Assembly (NCBI GenBank): GCA_013265495.1
Contig: MU058791.1
Span: 560,001-589,838 of the forward strand
Reading direction: 5' to 3'
DNA: 29,838 nucleotides
Origin: Vicugna vicugna
Lineage: Eukaryota
Below the pieces are notes generated by a model that was given only the letters and a program-made list of their open reading frames with translations, had not been told where the DNA came from and made no database searches. Every line of letters starts with the position of its first letter. The stretch's first letter is position 1. This document shows, one piece after another, positions 11,913-23,550 of the stretch. Position numbers and translations under genes: made by a program.

Positions 11913-14059
11913 TGATGAGCACAATGACAGGGGCTGCCACTTCCTGAGCCCTCACTGGGTGCCAGGAGTCTGCCAGGGATGGGCGGAGACAGAGAGCAAA
12001 GCCCAGGGCTGGCTTCATTTCCTCAAAACCTGAGGTCTCTTGCTAACAGTCAGATGGATCACCAGGAAGACAGCCCAGATGAGACCTGCCCTCAGGGATG
12101 CAAGGCACAGCATCTCCTAGCCCAGGCAAGCCCCACCACCAGCCAGGAGTCCTGGTACTGGGCCCACTACAGCTGCCCATCCCCTGGGGCAAGTGACCAT
12201 GCTGACAGGGAGAGGCAGGCCTGCAGAGAGTCCAACCAAGGCAGGAGGCCTGGGCAACGGAAGAAGGCAGGGAAGCAAGCCACACACAGCCTGGCCTCAT
12301 CCTCACGTCCTGACGGAGCATTCCCGGGGTATGCCACTGGCTCCTGCCCACCTGGACCAGACTGGTCTGCTCTGGGAAAGGTCGGAGGAGGCAACCAGGC
12401 TCCTCCAATAGGAAATCTCCTCCGGGAGGTCAGAGGCCGGGATTATCTGGTGGGTTCCCAGCACCTCCAGGGGGCCGCTGCTGCCTCCGAGTCAGTGAAG
12501 AGGGTAAGCTCCCTCTCGCTCACTGCACACGGTACCCAATTCCCACCGCGCTGAGCACTTCCAGGTAAACCTGGACCCCATCCCACATCCCCAAGGCCTC
12601 TTGCATGTAACGCCAGCTTTCCCCCCAGGAGCATGATGTAGTTTCAAAAAAAAAAAAAAAAAGGCACTAGACCAGACATTTGGGGACCTGAATTACTTTC
12701 TCACGTGCTGACAACCTCTACAGCCTCTGTGACTTGAATGTGGGTCACTTACCTCCACATTCTCCTCTATCATGACATCTGTGGCTGTGAATATTAAACA
12801 AGAAGTGAAAGCACCCCCCAAACTAGGCAGCATTCCAGAAAGCTCTAAGACGGTTAAGGACACCATCAGTCGCCTCTTTAAATCATAGGGAAAAAGGGAC
12901 AACGGACAGAGCAACCCAAACCGGAGATGACCTAAGCAATGAAACAGGTTAGACAGGAAAGACCTACTAGGGACGCTGAGAAAAACCTCATCCCGGGCCA
13001 AAATCATGGCCAGGTTTTCAAACTTCCTGTCTGGAGTTTCCATTTATGAGGCACTTGGCCAAGCCGGCCAGAGTGTTCCTCGCGAGGCGTCACCAACAGA
13101 GCACAGGAACAGGGTGGTTCCGTGCAGACCAGAGGTCCCTGCTGCCCCCAAAATGACCATCCCGCTGGCAGGGACCGGCCACATGCCTCTCCTCCCGGTT
13201 TCCCCTCCAAGTGTGTTTTTAGAGGTGTTATCTTTATCAGCAGAGGGGATGGAGTTGCCGGTTGATAGCTTGACGTATTTAAATAACCGCCATTCCATTA
13301 TGCAGAATTTGGAAATCATGCATGTGGGCATTTTATGCACCTAAAAGTGGCCTCAGAATATCCTGCTGGAAGCAGAAGGGAAGGGAGGGGTGGGGCAGAA
13401 AGGGCCTGACGGTCTGGCGGGAACACGGGGTACTGGGAAGCAGAGGGCACCGGGCTGAAGCCTGAGGGATCTCTGATTATGAGCCACAGTGGAGCCAAGA
13501 GCAGAGCTCACAGTCAGGAAGACCCAAGCTGGGCTGTACTTCCAGGCCAGCAGGACACCCTCATTTTTCTAGGAGAAAGGAAGCAAGGGAGGTGAGAGTG
13601 TCAAGAAGAGGCCTGGTTTTTCCCAGTGATAGGATCTCCATCCTGAATCCCAAAAAAGGACCCAGGAGGGGGTTTTAGGAGCATTCTCCCCACAGCCCAG
13701 AGAAGCCCCTCGTCCTGCTCACTTCCTCTTTGCCCGGAGGGCCGTCCTTCAAGGTCGGATGAGGACACACTCTCGCCAGCTCCCACAATGGTAGGAACCA
13801 GCTTTATGCAGAGCAAGACCTGATTTCTGCCAGGGACATGGGAAGAGAACTGGGCTGACTCAGGGCATCAGAATGGAAGCGGGTGGGAGGAGGGGGCTGG
13901 ATGAAAACAGCTTCTCAGGACAGTCCATCCCGACCATCCCCTGCTCTTCCCGGACACTTCTTGGAACGCAGATCAAAGGCAGGGGATGGAAGGAGACGAC
14001 AGAGGCAGTGGAGAAGAAGATGGAAGAATAACCACAGTAAGAACAGAGCCGGGACTCAC

Positions 14060-14170
14060 TGGACCTTTACTATAAGTGAATTAAGTACATGAACACTAAC
14101 TTCGAACAGCCCTGGGAAGTAGGGTCTATTATTATCCTATTTTATTAGATGAGGAAACTGATCCCACAGC
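14060..14170 (-). mobile_element. MIR fragment
   Basis: AACAGCCCTGGGAAGTAGGGTCTATTATTATCCTATTTTATTAGATGAGGAAACTGA. Confidence 0.75.
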
Positions 14171-14929
14171 TGGCACTGCCATTCACTTCGATGCCAGGTG
14201 TTTGAAAAATGCCTCCAAGACATGAGTTAAGCAGCCAAGTAGAAAAGTGCAGCCTGTCCGGGAAATGGCATTCCAAGTGGCACAACAGGAGCACGGCATC
14301 CTGTGGTCCAGCGCCTCTGTGAGAGCACAGGGACGAGAAATACACGAGCTCTTGCGGGTCCCAGGGTTCCCTTGGCACTGACCCACCAGCAGAGGTGCCC
14401 CCCTCTTCTGAGCAGCTGGGCCCACGGTGGGTTTCCACCCACCTGCATCACTGCCTAACTAACTGGGTGGGGGATCCTGTGCGGCTTTGCCCTTTCAGCA
14501 TCTCGGATTCTTCTCCGGGTCTTTTTTAGCACATGGCACAGCCAGATCCTTGAGTCCCATCCAGGGATGACGGGGACAACCAGACCTGGATCTCCTCCAG
14601 AGATCCCCAATAATGTGTTCCCCCCATTTAACAGTTGACAGTTATCACTTTTTGTATACCTACTGTGCGTCAGAGACTTGCAGTAGCTGCTGTTTATACA
14701 CATCATCTCCTGAAACCCTCATCAAGGCACTGTTAATGCCTATCCTGGACGTCCCATGACGAATGAAGTGTCCAAGGCCCCCCACAGTGAAGGGATTTCC
14801 CAAAGGTCAAATGGCCAGCGAGGCCAAAAGTCAAGTCCATGACTAAATGATCGTGTCCAAGTCACCGCGCAGGCTTCTCTGAGAGGAGGCCTCTGCTTAC
14901 TAAGGCCTCAGAGCTCTCTGGATGAGAGA

Positions 14930-15060
14930 GAATTCATTCAACAGATGGGTTAAGACACCATAAAAATGCACCAAATACACAACAGTGAATAAAATACATT
15001 GCCCTGCCCCTGAACAGTTCAGTCTACTTGGGAAGACAGCGTCTGACAAGTAGGAAAACA
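14930..15060 (-). mobile_element. L2 3' end fragment
   Basis: ATTCATTCAACAGAT tail, then ACAGTGAATAAAATACATTGCCCTGCCCCTGAACAGTTCAGTCTACTTGGGAAGACAG. Confidence 0.65.
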
Positions 15061-15109
15061 GGGACCAAGATGGTTTGAACAGGACTGCTGCCATCTTTAA
15101 ATAAAATGA

Positions 15110-16552
15110 AAAACCCCTCCCTCAACCGTTCTGCCCCCTTGACCTGCAGACGTATCTGTATTCAACCCTCCACAACCAAACGCCCCGATAGGGTTGCCAG
15201 CCCCCTGCCATCTCCATATCCTCTCGTCCCACCCTCTGCTCGCACCCCTGCAGCCTAGATTCTACTCTCTCACTCGATGGAACTGTCCTCTTCTTTGCCA
15301 CCGAAGTTCAGTGGTTACTTTTACAGTCCTCGCCTTACTTGACTTCTCCACAGCTTTTGGCTCTGCCGATCACTCATTTTTCCGGAGACATTCTGTGCCC
15401 TTGAGCTCCTGGTTTTCCTCGTGCCTCTCTGCCTGCTCCTTTTTCACCGGTGTTAGCACGCTGCAGGACTCAGTACTACCCTAGGGCTTCCACTCTCGCT
15501 CCGTGCCCTCTCCCTTGGAAAGCTCATCATATCCAGTTTCAGCTGACACCAAGTTACTGGTCAGTGCAAAGGTGTATCCTCTACTCAGAACTCTTCTGAA
15601 ACCTCCAGAGTTAGTGTTCCAAGCACCTTTTCCAGATCTCACATGATGGCTCAGACACCTCAACTCAGTATGGCCACCACTAGACCCACGAATTCTCCTA
15701 CCAAACCTGTCCCATTCCCATTCATCAGTGTTGGTCCTGGCGTGTAGTCAGCCAGGAGCACAGGCAATATCTATGACCCTCCTACCTCCTCTGCCACCCA
15801 AATGCAAACCATCATTAACATCTGCTGATTTTACTTCCTAAAAATCTTCCAAATTTGCCTCTATTGCTCCATCCCCACTGCCTACACCCTAATCCAACAC
15901 CTATCTGGTGCCTTCTACACCACTGCCCATTCCCCCCGTATCACCTACACCCCCCCCTCCAATACACTTCCCTACTCCTGTCAGTTTGGTATTTTTCAAA
16001 ACGTGAATTTGATCCCATTACCCTGTGCTTTCAAAACATCAAAGGTTTCCCATTACTGTTAGAACAAAGTCCAGTCCTCACCAGAATCTATCCATCCCTG
16101 CATGGTCTGGCTCTTCATTCTTCTCACTTACTCGTTTTTCCCCAGCCACAGGGGCTTTTTCCAATCTCCTCAAAGGCACCACGTACTCTGGTGCCACAGG
16201 GCCTTTGCACAGATTCTTCTTCAATGGATTGCTTCCATCTCCCTGTTACCCCAACACTATAGCTAGGATACCTCCTCATTCAGCAGATCTTAGCTCCAGT
16301 ATCAATTCAAGAGAAAAGGCTTTACCCCTAAGTCTAGGTCAGACTGCCTGATTATTTTGTTTCTTTTCCTTGGAGCACTTGCGTCTATTAAAAACTATGA
16401 AGTCATTAATGTGGTCTTTGGATTATGTCAACCATCATCACTAGGACTCTAAAATGTATGAGATCAGGCACTCTGTCTTTTGCTCAACATTGAAACTCTA
16501 CTATCTAACACATGAGGTGCCTCACGGTGGGCACTTAATAAAGTATCTGCTC
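15110..16552 (+). mobile_element. Long L2 (L2a-like) remnant, from the RT region to the 3' end
   Basis: Translation includes VLALLDFSTAFGSADHSFF, resembling the L2/CR1 RT motif LLDLSAAFDTVDH. C-rich body. 3' end TATGAGATCAGGCACTCTGTC...GGTGGGCACTTAATAAAGTATCTG. Confidence 0.8.
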
Positions 16553-16584
16553 AAGACTGGACTCAGCAATCCCACAGTATGAGG

Positions 16585-17020
16585 CAGTGTGTCATACACA
16601 TCTGCACGCTGCAATAGCGATGGATTGGAGACAACCTAACCACCTACCAACAGGAGACTTGATGAGGTGTTTTGTGAGACATCCACCCAAGAGAAAACTA
16701 TGCAGCCATTTAAAGCATTGATCCGGAAGGAACTTCCAGATTCCCTTGGGAATAAAGCAGGCTGGGTGGAGTGAAGCGGGCATCATGCTATGCCACTGGT
16801 GTCACTGGCAGTGAACCATGTTTGAGTTATTTGTTGGGTGAAAATACTCATCAAATGTTTACAAGAAACTTAACAGTGGCTACTTGTTTGGAGAGTGGCT
16901 GGGAACCGGGTGGATCAGTGTTCGAAGTGGCAGAGAGAACTCTACCACCATTTTATACTTTTAGATTTTGAAGCCCACGTGACTGTGCTACCTGTTTATA
17001 ATTCAGTAAATAAAATTTTT
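16585..17020 (+). mobile_element. Old L1 (L1ME/L1MC-like) 3' fragment
   Basis: GGAGACAACCTAACCACCTACCAACAGGAGAC, ACTATGCAGCCATTTAAA and AAGAAACTTAACAGTGGCTAC...TTTTAGATTTTGAAGCCCACGTGACTGTGCTACCTG. Confidence 0.65.
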
Positions 17021-17037
17021 AAAGAAGTGCCCCCTTG

Positions 17038-17292
17038 GGGTGGGAAGGGAAAGACTGGGATTTCAAAATGTAGAATAAAATACATAAACAAGATTATACT
17101 ATATAGCAGGGAAATATATACAAGATCTTGTGGTAGCTCACAGTGAAAAAAAATGTGACAAGGAATACATGTATGTTCATGTATAACTGAAAAATTGTTC
17201 TCTACACTGGAATTTGACACAACACTGTAAAACGACTATAACTCAAAAAAGTGTTAAGAAAATAAAAGTAAAATGAATCTTAAAAAAAAAAA
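17038..17292 (+). mobile_element. Younger 5'-truncated L1 3' end with poly(A) and TSD
   Basis: GGGAAGGGAAAGACTGGGATTTCAAAATGTAGAATA...GAAAAATTGTTCTCTACACTGGAATTTGACACAACACTGTAAAACGACTATAACTCAA plus A tail. TSD AAGTGCCCCCTTG (17025-17037) / AAGTGCTCCCTTG (17293-17305). TT|AAAG endonuclease-type site. Confidence 0.85.
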
Positions 17293-17534
17293 AAGTGCTC
17301 CCTTGCCGGAACCCAATCAATTCCTTTGAATGAATTACAACATCAAGATAGCTTTTCCATCATCTGTTCCCACCTCCAACACATTCCATCACCACCACTC
17401 CGCCTTTTCGCCAGGAAGGAGGATGCTTTTTAAAAGTGACATATTTGTTATGTTTTAAAGCCAAATTTTCTAATTATCAATTTACAGTCATAAACCCTTG
17501 TAAATGCAAAATGCTTTCAAATATATGCTCTAAT

Positions 17535-17650
17535 TAGGTCCTTACAACAACCTGTGACAGTTTATATGTTTTTAGCCCCATTTCATACTGAAGTTGTAAG
17601 AAATTAAGGGCCTTAACCAAGGTCACTCCTCTGGAAAGTGACAGGGCCAA
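17535..17650 (-). mobile_element. MIR fragment
   Basis: CCTTACAACAACCTGTGA...CCCCATTTCATA...GCCTTAACCAAGGTCAC...GGAAAGTGACAGGGCC. Confidence 0.6.
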
Positions 17651-20364
17651 TCTCCATCTTCCGAAGAAAAGTTTACATCCCTTCTGATGCAGCTGAGAGG
17701 ATGACAGCTTCCCCACCATCCTTCCCGACTCCAAAAAGGGGAAAGAGAACAATGGCAGCAGGCCTTTCACAGATTTTATTTCAATCCCCTGACATTCCAG
17801 CACAGACTGATGTAAGCGTGGGTCAGCCTGGGTCTCGGTCCTGGAGGACAGTCCTTGCAGAGAGAAGAAAACAGCCAACTTCTGTTTTGATTGTTACACT
17901 CACCCAGCAAGGAAGAAAAGAAGGGAAATGTTCCTGGCTGGTGTGGAGAGATCCCTGCCAGTAAACGGGATGGATGCTCTAACTTGCCAAAGACATCCCC
18001 CGAGGTCCCATTAACACCATGATGCAGAACCCAAGAGATGCTCAACGCTCTGTAATGCTGTTGACTTTCTGGCAACTTTTGAAAGCAAGATTGTTTCTAC
18101 TTATGGAGGTGGGGGTGGGAAGTTTGAGGATGGCAAAGGAAGACAGGAGGGTCTGGCCGCTGAGGACGGAGTTGCAGGTCGCCCTGGGTGTGCATCACTA
18201 AAAGTTTCCCTACATAAGATTTTCCCTCGAGTCCATTTCTTAGCCTCTGGATGAACTCTAGAGTCCCAGACTCACGCAATGCTATCAGTGAAAAGAATGA
18301 AATGCGCCCTTCACAACCATTGCCTAGAGCCACGGTGGACGCTGACTGGTGGCTTAGAAGAACAAGAGCAGCAAGAGTGGGAAGGACAACTCATCCCATG
18401 TTCCTCCAGGACGTCTCATCATCTAAACACGTAGGTAAGATAAGAAAGCCGTGCAACGTGCAACATCCAAGGCCATCCTAACGATCTTGAACATGCGTAC
18501 CAACTACCAGGAGTTTACCGCTACTCCAAGCAGAATAAAAAGGTGACACGGACAGCTCCTCTGGTCCCTCCTGACTGAGGACCCACCACCCAGGAACACA
18601 GACTGCTTCCGACGCAGCATGATGCATTTACCCCAGGCAGGAGAGAAAATCGGGTGCTCAACCTTCACACAGAAAAAGCTGAGAATTTAGCTTTTTTTTG
18701 TTTTCTTGAAGAAAGAAGTAAGTAATTGTCAATAGATTTTCATCCAACTCCGAGATCTTTAGTTCACAACTACTTCCATTACTCTAGAGGTTGTAAAAAT
18801 GTCTTCAAAAGCATCATTAAATGTAAAAGCTGAAATTCATCAGAAAGCCAACTTAGTTTTAGTCTTATCCTAAATTCTCAAGCTGACTAGCGAATTTCAC
18901 AGAGCTCTGGTGTGGTACCTACCTGAGTGGGCAGGAGATAGAGACCCAAGGAGCTGAGGCATGGATAACTGTGAGGTCCATTAGCTCCAACACCTAAATT
19001 CAGCTCTGCGGCAGCTCAGCCATCTGGAAGAATTCATTTTCTTCCTCCCAAAGCTTCCGACTCTAAGAGCAATGCAGCATGCTCACCCCCTGTTATCTAA
19101 GGGACCAGGGTGATGAAAGGGAAAAGGAATTCTCCCCAAGATCAACATCTGATCACCAGAAATAGGACTGCGCTCGCATTGGAACAATTCTCCATGGCCC
19201 CATTGTTCTATTTTCTTCTAATGATGGAAAATCTAATTCCAGGGAAACGCTAATAGCTTCATTATGTGACCATAGCACTAATCAGTTACGCAGCTAAAGA
19301 GTTTGGGGGCTGAGCTATGAGGTATTTTTGGAACAACATCTGATCCCCTGATATAAATCTATTGTTACCAAGTGTAACTAAAACTCTCACCAAATGGAGA
19401 ATCAAAGGACCTGAGACTAAAAAGATGTCCTCTGGAATCTGCTGGGGTCTGACTCAGGCTGGGGATGTTCAGCCTCACACCCAGTAGGTCCAGTTCAGTG
19501 TGGAGTGGGTGCTGGTACAGACTAAAAGGGTGGGAAAAAACCACAGGTGCTTGGAACCATGTTGGGAGTAAACTACAGGACAAGCGCTCAAAAAATTCTA
19601 GCAAACCATGGAGGAGGAGTGAGAAGAGCCTAGATCTCTGTCAGTAGGGTGGGCCTATGGAAGGAACCCTTGGTGATGTCAAGGAAGTAAGATTCAACAG
19701 TTCTCAGGTGGACGCACCTGCCTACAATGAGAACGGCTTCTGTGCAAAGAACGTGAAGAGGGTCTCCAGGTGCCAGGGAGCCCTGGGCACATCAGGATGC
19801 TTGGAATCATGAGGCCGCTACCCGATGCCAACCCACTGGGCAAGAGACTGACACCTCCCATGAAAGGCAGCAGCCACGCAACGTGCAAGTTGGTTCATGA
19901 ACCCATAAACGAAGTCCCTGTCCCAGGGGACAGCCACACCCCTACAACAGGACTCTCTCTAGCACTCTGTCGTGCAGCCCTGAAGACATCTCACAGGGCA
20001 GACTGGGCCACCGCCTCCCCTGACCTGGTGCCATCATCACCCCAGCTCAGTTGTGGCCATGCCACTGCTTTGGGAAAGTGACAGTCCTCAAAACGCTCCC
20101 GCAGCTCTGGCATCTTCCCCAGGCTGGAAGACCCGTTTTAAATTTTCACGCCCAAAATTATCCCTACCCTTATGTTCCACAATTACCTTAATCATCCTGT
20201 ACCTCTGCGTCTTAACAATTACACATAAGAACCACAGAGGTGTTCGATTTAACAATTATTTCATTTCCTGGAGGACTCTTCCTTTCCTCTTAGTAAATTC
20301 CTTAGAGCCCTACACCGGCAATAATGATAGTAACAGTGATGGTAACGGTAGGAGGCACAGTGGC

Positions 20365-20512
20365 TCATGGGCATTGAGCGCTTACTCTGCACAGCACTAT
20401 GCTGAAGGCTTTACACATGTACATTTCCTACACCTTTAAATCACACTGCATCAGCCCTGCAGCATAGGTGCTAGTATTATTTCCATTTTACGGAAGAGGA
20501 AACTGAGGCACA
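20365..20512 (-). mobile_element. MIR fragment
   Basis: TTGAGCGCTTACTCTGCACAGCACTATGCTGAAGGCTTTACA...ATTATTTCCATTTTACGGAAGAGGAAACTGAGGCACA. Confidence 0.8.
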
Positions 20513-20755
20513 ATATGCCAGCCTTCATCTTGTCCCCTCACTTTGTGAGGAGGCCCATGCCAAACAGTAAAGCCTCAGGAACCCAAAGTTTACAAGCAGT
20601 GTTTGTTCACCGCTGGGAGGGAGCAGTGAGGCGAGGATGTGACTCTTTGGTCTGGGCTTTTGGAAGACGACGCTTGACTTCCTAAGTCACAAAATTCATA
20701 CAAGACATAGTTATTCTACTATTTTGCTGGGGCACAGGGCACAGCCAGCTCTTAC

Positions 20756-20930
20756 CCTATTGTCTTCTTGGATCTCCCAGTCACTGGAGAAAGTCACCAG
20801 CTGCTGCCCTTGGGAACAGTTGGAAAACTGGAAAAGGCTGGAAAACATCCTTCTGTTTTCTTGAGTGTCAGGAAAGATGGCATCTTGGAAATTGACTCCA
20901 TGAGGCAAGAGGTTATAATTTTCATCCATC
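20756..20930 (-). CDS. CCDC3: CCDC3 coding exon 2 (codons 125-183)
   Basis: Acceptor TTTTTTTTTTCTCTTTTCCATTAG|G and donor AGG|GTAAGA. Length 175 nt. It joins exon 1 in frame (AG|G = Arg) and reads MDENYNLLPHGVNFQDAIFPDTQENRRMFSSLFQFSNCSQGQQLVTFSSDWEIQEDNR. Confidence 0.97.
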
Positions 20931-21045
20931 CTAATGGAAAAGAGAAAAAAAAAACAGCTGTAAACTGGACAGGGAAGGGTTGGACCATCTGGAGTCAAGT
21001 CAGAGAAGACTGTGACAATGTTGCCAATTACACAATACTACCTCT

Positions 21046-21115
21046 GCAGAGGAGTTACTATTTTTAAACAACACTGCTTCCCCCCCCACTGCTTTCAGCA
21101 GAGGAGTTACTATTT
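21046..21115 (+). repeat. 18-bp perfect direct repeat GCAGAGGAGTTACTATTT x2
   Basis: Copies at 21046-21063 and 21098-21115, 52 nt apart. Confidence 0.9.
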
Positions 21116-21297
21116 CTAATGGTTTCTCTGCCTCATCCTGCTTGAGTTCATCCTTAAACGTTTTCAAAATGGGAGCTGGGGGTGAGAGGTGGGGGAGGGT
21201 GTGCATGTGTGTTTCTCTATTTGCCAATTTCTCAAGTGGTCTTCCTTCTCATAGAGGGACTGCTCCCTGTTCCTTGGTGAAAGGCAGGCCAGTTTTA

Positions 21298-21530
21298 ATG
21301 ACCTGGGTCCAAGTCCTGCCATTGCTACATCTCTTCTGTCCGAAACGAAAGGGATTTCTTCAATTCTCTAAGTTTTAGTACTACAGTCTATAAAAAGAGG
21401 ATGACACTAGCACCTCACTTTGTAGGTGGGTAAGGATCACACAGAAAAAAGTGAAGTTCTGGCAGAGTGAGTGCAGTGTAAAAGTTAACAGTTTTACAGA
21501 GCCTGGCATAGAGAGCCCGTTGGTAAGATA
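21298..21530 (+). mobile_element. MIR fragment
   Basis: GACCTGGGTCCAAGTCCTGCC...TCTATAAAAAGAGGATGACACTAGCACCTCAC...CAGAGCCTGGCATAG. Confidence 0.65.
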
Positions 21531-22429
21531 AAGAAAAGAAAAACGAGAGACAGGAGTTAGTTTACACTCCAGCCCAAAGGCCAAAGGGGGCACGTGGGGC
21601 TCACCAGTGAGTCTCCATGGCCCCCCTTCTCCTGTTGACACAGACTGGAATCTGTTCTCTTCTCAGTGGGTGTCAGAAAAGAGAAATGATTTGTATGCAG
21701 TTGTCAATATATGTCAGGGCAACACAGCCCCATGAAACAAACCTGTCAGATTACCATTTGACTCTGCATTTCTGCCCTAACATTTTGTAAATATGTCAGA
21801 GCAAAAGATGAAAAGAGTTGGCTGACCACCAGAGCCAGTGGACAAAACTGTAGCTCATGATAAAATCAGAAAAGAAAATAATGTTTTCTTAAGTACTCCG
21901 GCTCTTCTTTTTCTTTGGAAAATCAGATCTTTTTGTTTAATAGTTTTACCTGGGTTCCCAAAGTTTTCCCTAAAGACATGAAAAATCTAAGTTTCTCTGT
22001 ATCAAGAAGGTACTGTCTCACTCCTTGCCGACTTTATTTAGAAACTGCACTTCTCCAGCAATTAAAAAAAAAAAATCAACTTAATCTAGCTAAACCACCC
22101 AAGCCAACACAAAGCATGCCATGTATTCTAAACTTAGTCTGGCTTCACTATGGAAAACATGTGTTGCTGTGAGCTTACGAACGCCCTTCTGTGGAACTTA
22201 CTGTTTTCTTTCTCAGTCACATGATCTCAAGAGCTAAAAGTGAGTCTGCAGACCAAGGTCATGGTCATTCCAAATATCCTTAATGCTGCTCCGTGGACTC
22301 GGAAAACCAGAGCTATTGCCCATTACAACTCTGGATCCACTCACTCACTATCTTGATAGACGCGCTAGATTCCAAGTCAAGGTTTCTCTCAGTCGTTCTC
22401 TGTCTCCTTCAACTGGAAACAACGCATTT

Positions 22430-23258
22430 AGGGTTTCATCTGCTGTTTTTTAAATTTCAGTGGAACCCATTGCCTAAATTCTTATCCACACGCATTTCAT
22501 CTTGACCACAGACCAAATTCCATGGAACCGCACGAGATCCCAGGTGTCTCCAATCAGAGCGGGCCTCCTCCCTAATTCACCTCTTATATTCTTCACAGCG
22601 CTGTGACTCAGGGTCTTACCACCCCACCCCAGGCCCCTCCTCCATCAACCTTTGCTATTTGGAACAGCCTGGCATTGAGGTCCGCTGGCAGCTGATACGA
22701 GCTAATGTGAGTGAAACAAGAGGACAGCTGGGCTGCATTCCACACCATTCCGATCTTGGCTTTTAAGCAGGTGGGCAAAGGAGGACTATTCAGTCTGCGT
22801 CTGACCTGCACCAGGTGTATCGCAGGAGTTACTGGGTTTTCATCACAACCAACCTGGTTTCTCACATTATGAAGGTGAGGCTATTTGAGCTTCCCAAAAA
22901 GCTCAGTAACTTGGGGGAAATCACAGGGAAGAGCAGAGCCAGGATTCCAAGAGCAGCCTGATTTCAAAGTGTGTTGGTTTTGTTTGGACCACCACCCAAC
23001 CCAAACCACTCCCAGAGAAATCCAACTTACAATACAGGGTTCCACCTGCTGTTCTTTAGTTCAAACTTCATTCGAACCCAACCCCTGAATTCTTATCCAC
23101 AAGCATTTCATCTCGACCAGCTTTCACAGAACTGCACAAGATTCCAGGAGCCTCCAAAAAGAGAAGGCCTCCTGCCTAATTTACCTTTAAAGCACCATGA
23201 CCAGGGCCTTCCCCTCCTTCCCCCACCCTTAAACCTTTGCTGTTTGGAATAGCCAGGC
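22430..23258 (+). repeat. Diverged direct duplication (copy A 22430-22673, copy B 23036-23258) in CCDC3 intron 1
   Basis: Collinear shared blocks, e.g. AATTCTTATCCACA(C/A)GCATTTCATCT(T/C)GACC, GGCCTCCT(C/G)CCTAATT(C/T)ACCT and AACCTTTGCT(A/G)TTTGGAA(C/T)AGCC. Confidence 0.88.
22860..22970 (-). mobile_element. MIR fragment
   Basis: AGTAACTTGGGGGAAATCACAG...GCAGAGCCAGGATTCCAA...CCTGATTTCAAAG. Confidence 0.5.
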
Positions 23259-23417
23259 TACTTGTTGCTAGAAACCACCTTGAGCTTTTGCTTGAAACCC
23301 TCTTCTGTCCACCAAACACAAGAATCATCCCTGTTTCCCCAAGTTTAGCCACAGGTACCTAGGCTCTTTGCAGAGACGTCTGGAGGAGTAGGAAGGAATA
23401 AAGAGTAAGAGGAGAGA

Positions 23418-23550
23418 AGAGAGGGTATAGCTCAGTGGTAGAGCGCATGCTAGCATGCATAAGGTCCTGGGTTCAATTCCCAGTACCTCTGTTTAAAAAT
23501 ATAAACAAAGAAACCCAAAATTACTTCCCTTCATTTAAAAAAAGAAAGGA
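23418..23550 (+). mobile_element. Vic-1-type tRNA(Ala)-derived SINE (camelid)
   Basis: GAGGGTATAGCTCAGTGGTAGAGCGCATGCTAGCATGCATAAGGTCCTGGGTTCAATTCCCAGTACCTC, then an A-rich segment, AATTACTTCCC and an A tail. Box A at 23428-23438, box B at 23470-23480. Matches the recalled Vic-1 layout. Confidence 0.85.

Larger units (their letters stand above)
1..20755 (-). other. CCDC3: CCDC3 intron 2 (partial; continues beyond the window start)
   Basis: Starts at the GTAAG donor after exon 2. No ORF in the track encodes the expected C-terminal coiled-coil exon, so exon 3 lies outside the window. The region is repeat-rich. Confidence 0.85.

Noticed and set aside
12461..12480. CTCF-like motif CACCTCCAGGGGGCCGCTG (similar near-matches at ~7957 and ~14385)
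   Set aside because: Each deviates at a core position or spacing, so none can be supported without a PWM scan or ChIP data.
11979..12554. 191-aa plus-strand ORF
   Set aside because: No recognisable homology or domain and no clear splice or promoter context. It is a chance ORF in GC-rich intron sequence.
20711..20998. 95-aa ORF as a stand-alone gene
   Set aside because: It is CCDC3 exon 2 plus read-through into the flanking introns.
21046..21115. CRISPR-like repeat-spacer-repeat (18-bp repeat, 34-nt spacer)
   Set aside because: Only two copies, in a mammalian intron with no cas genes. A local duplication explains it.
23421..23490. Possible tRNA-Ala gene
   Set aside because: The anticodon loop is one base short, and the SINE-specific A-rich/AATTACTTCCC tail follows. 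It is a SINE head, not a tRNA gene.
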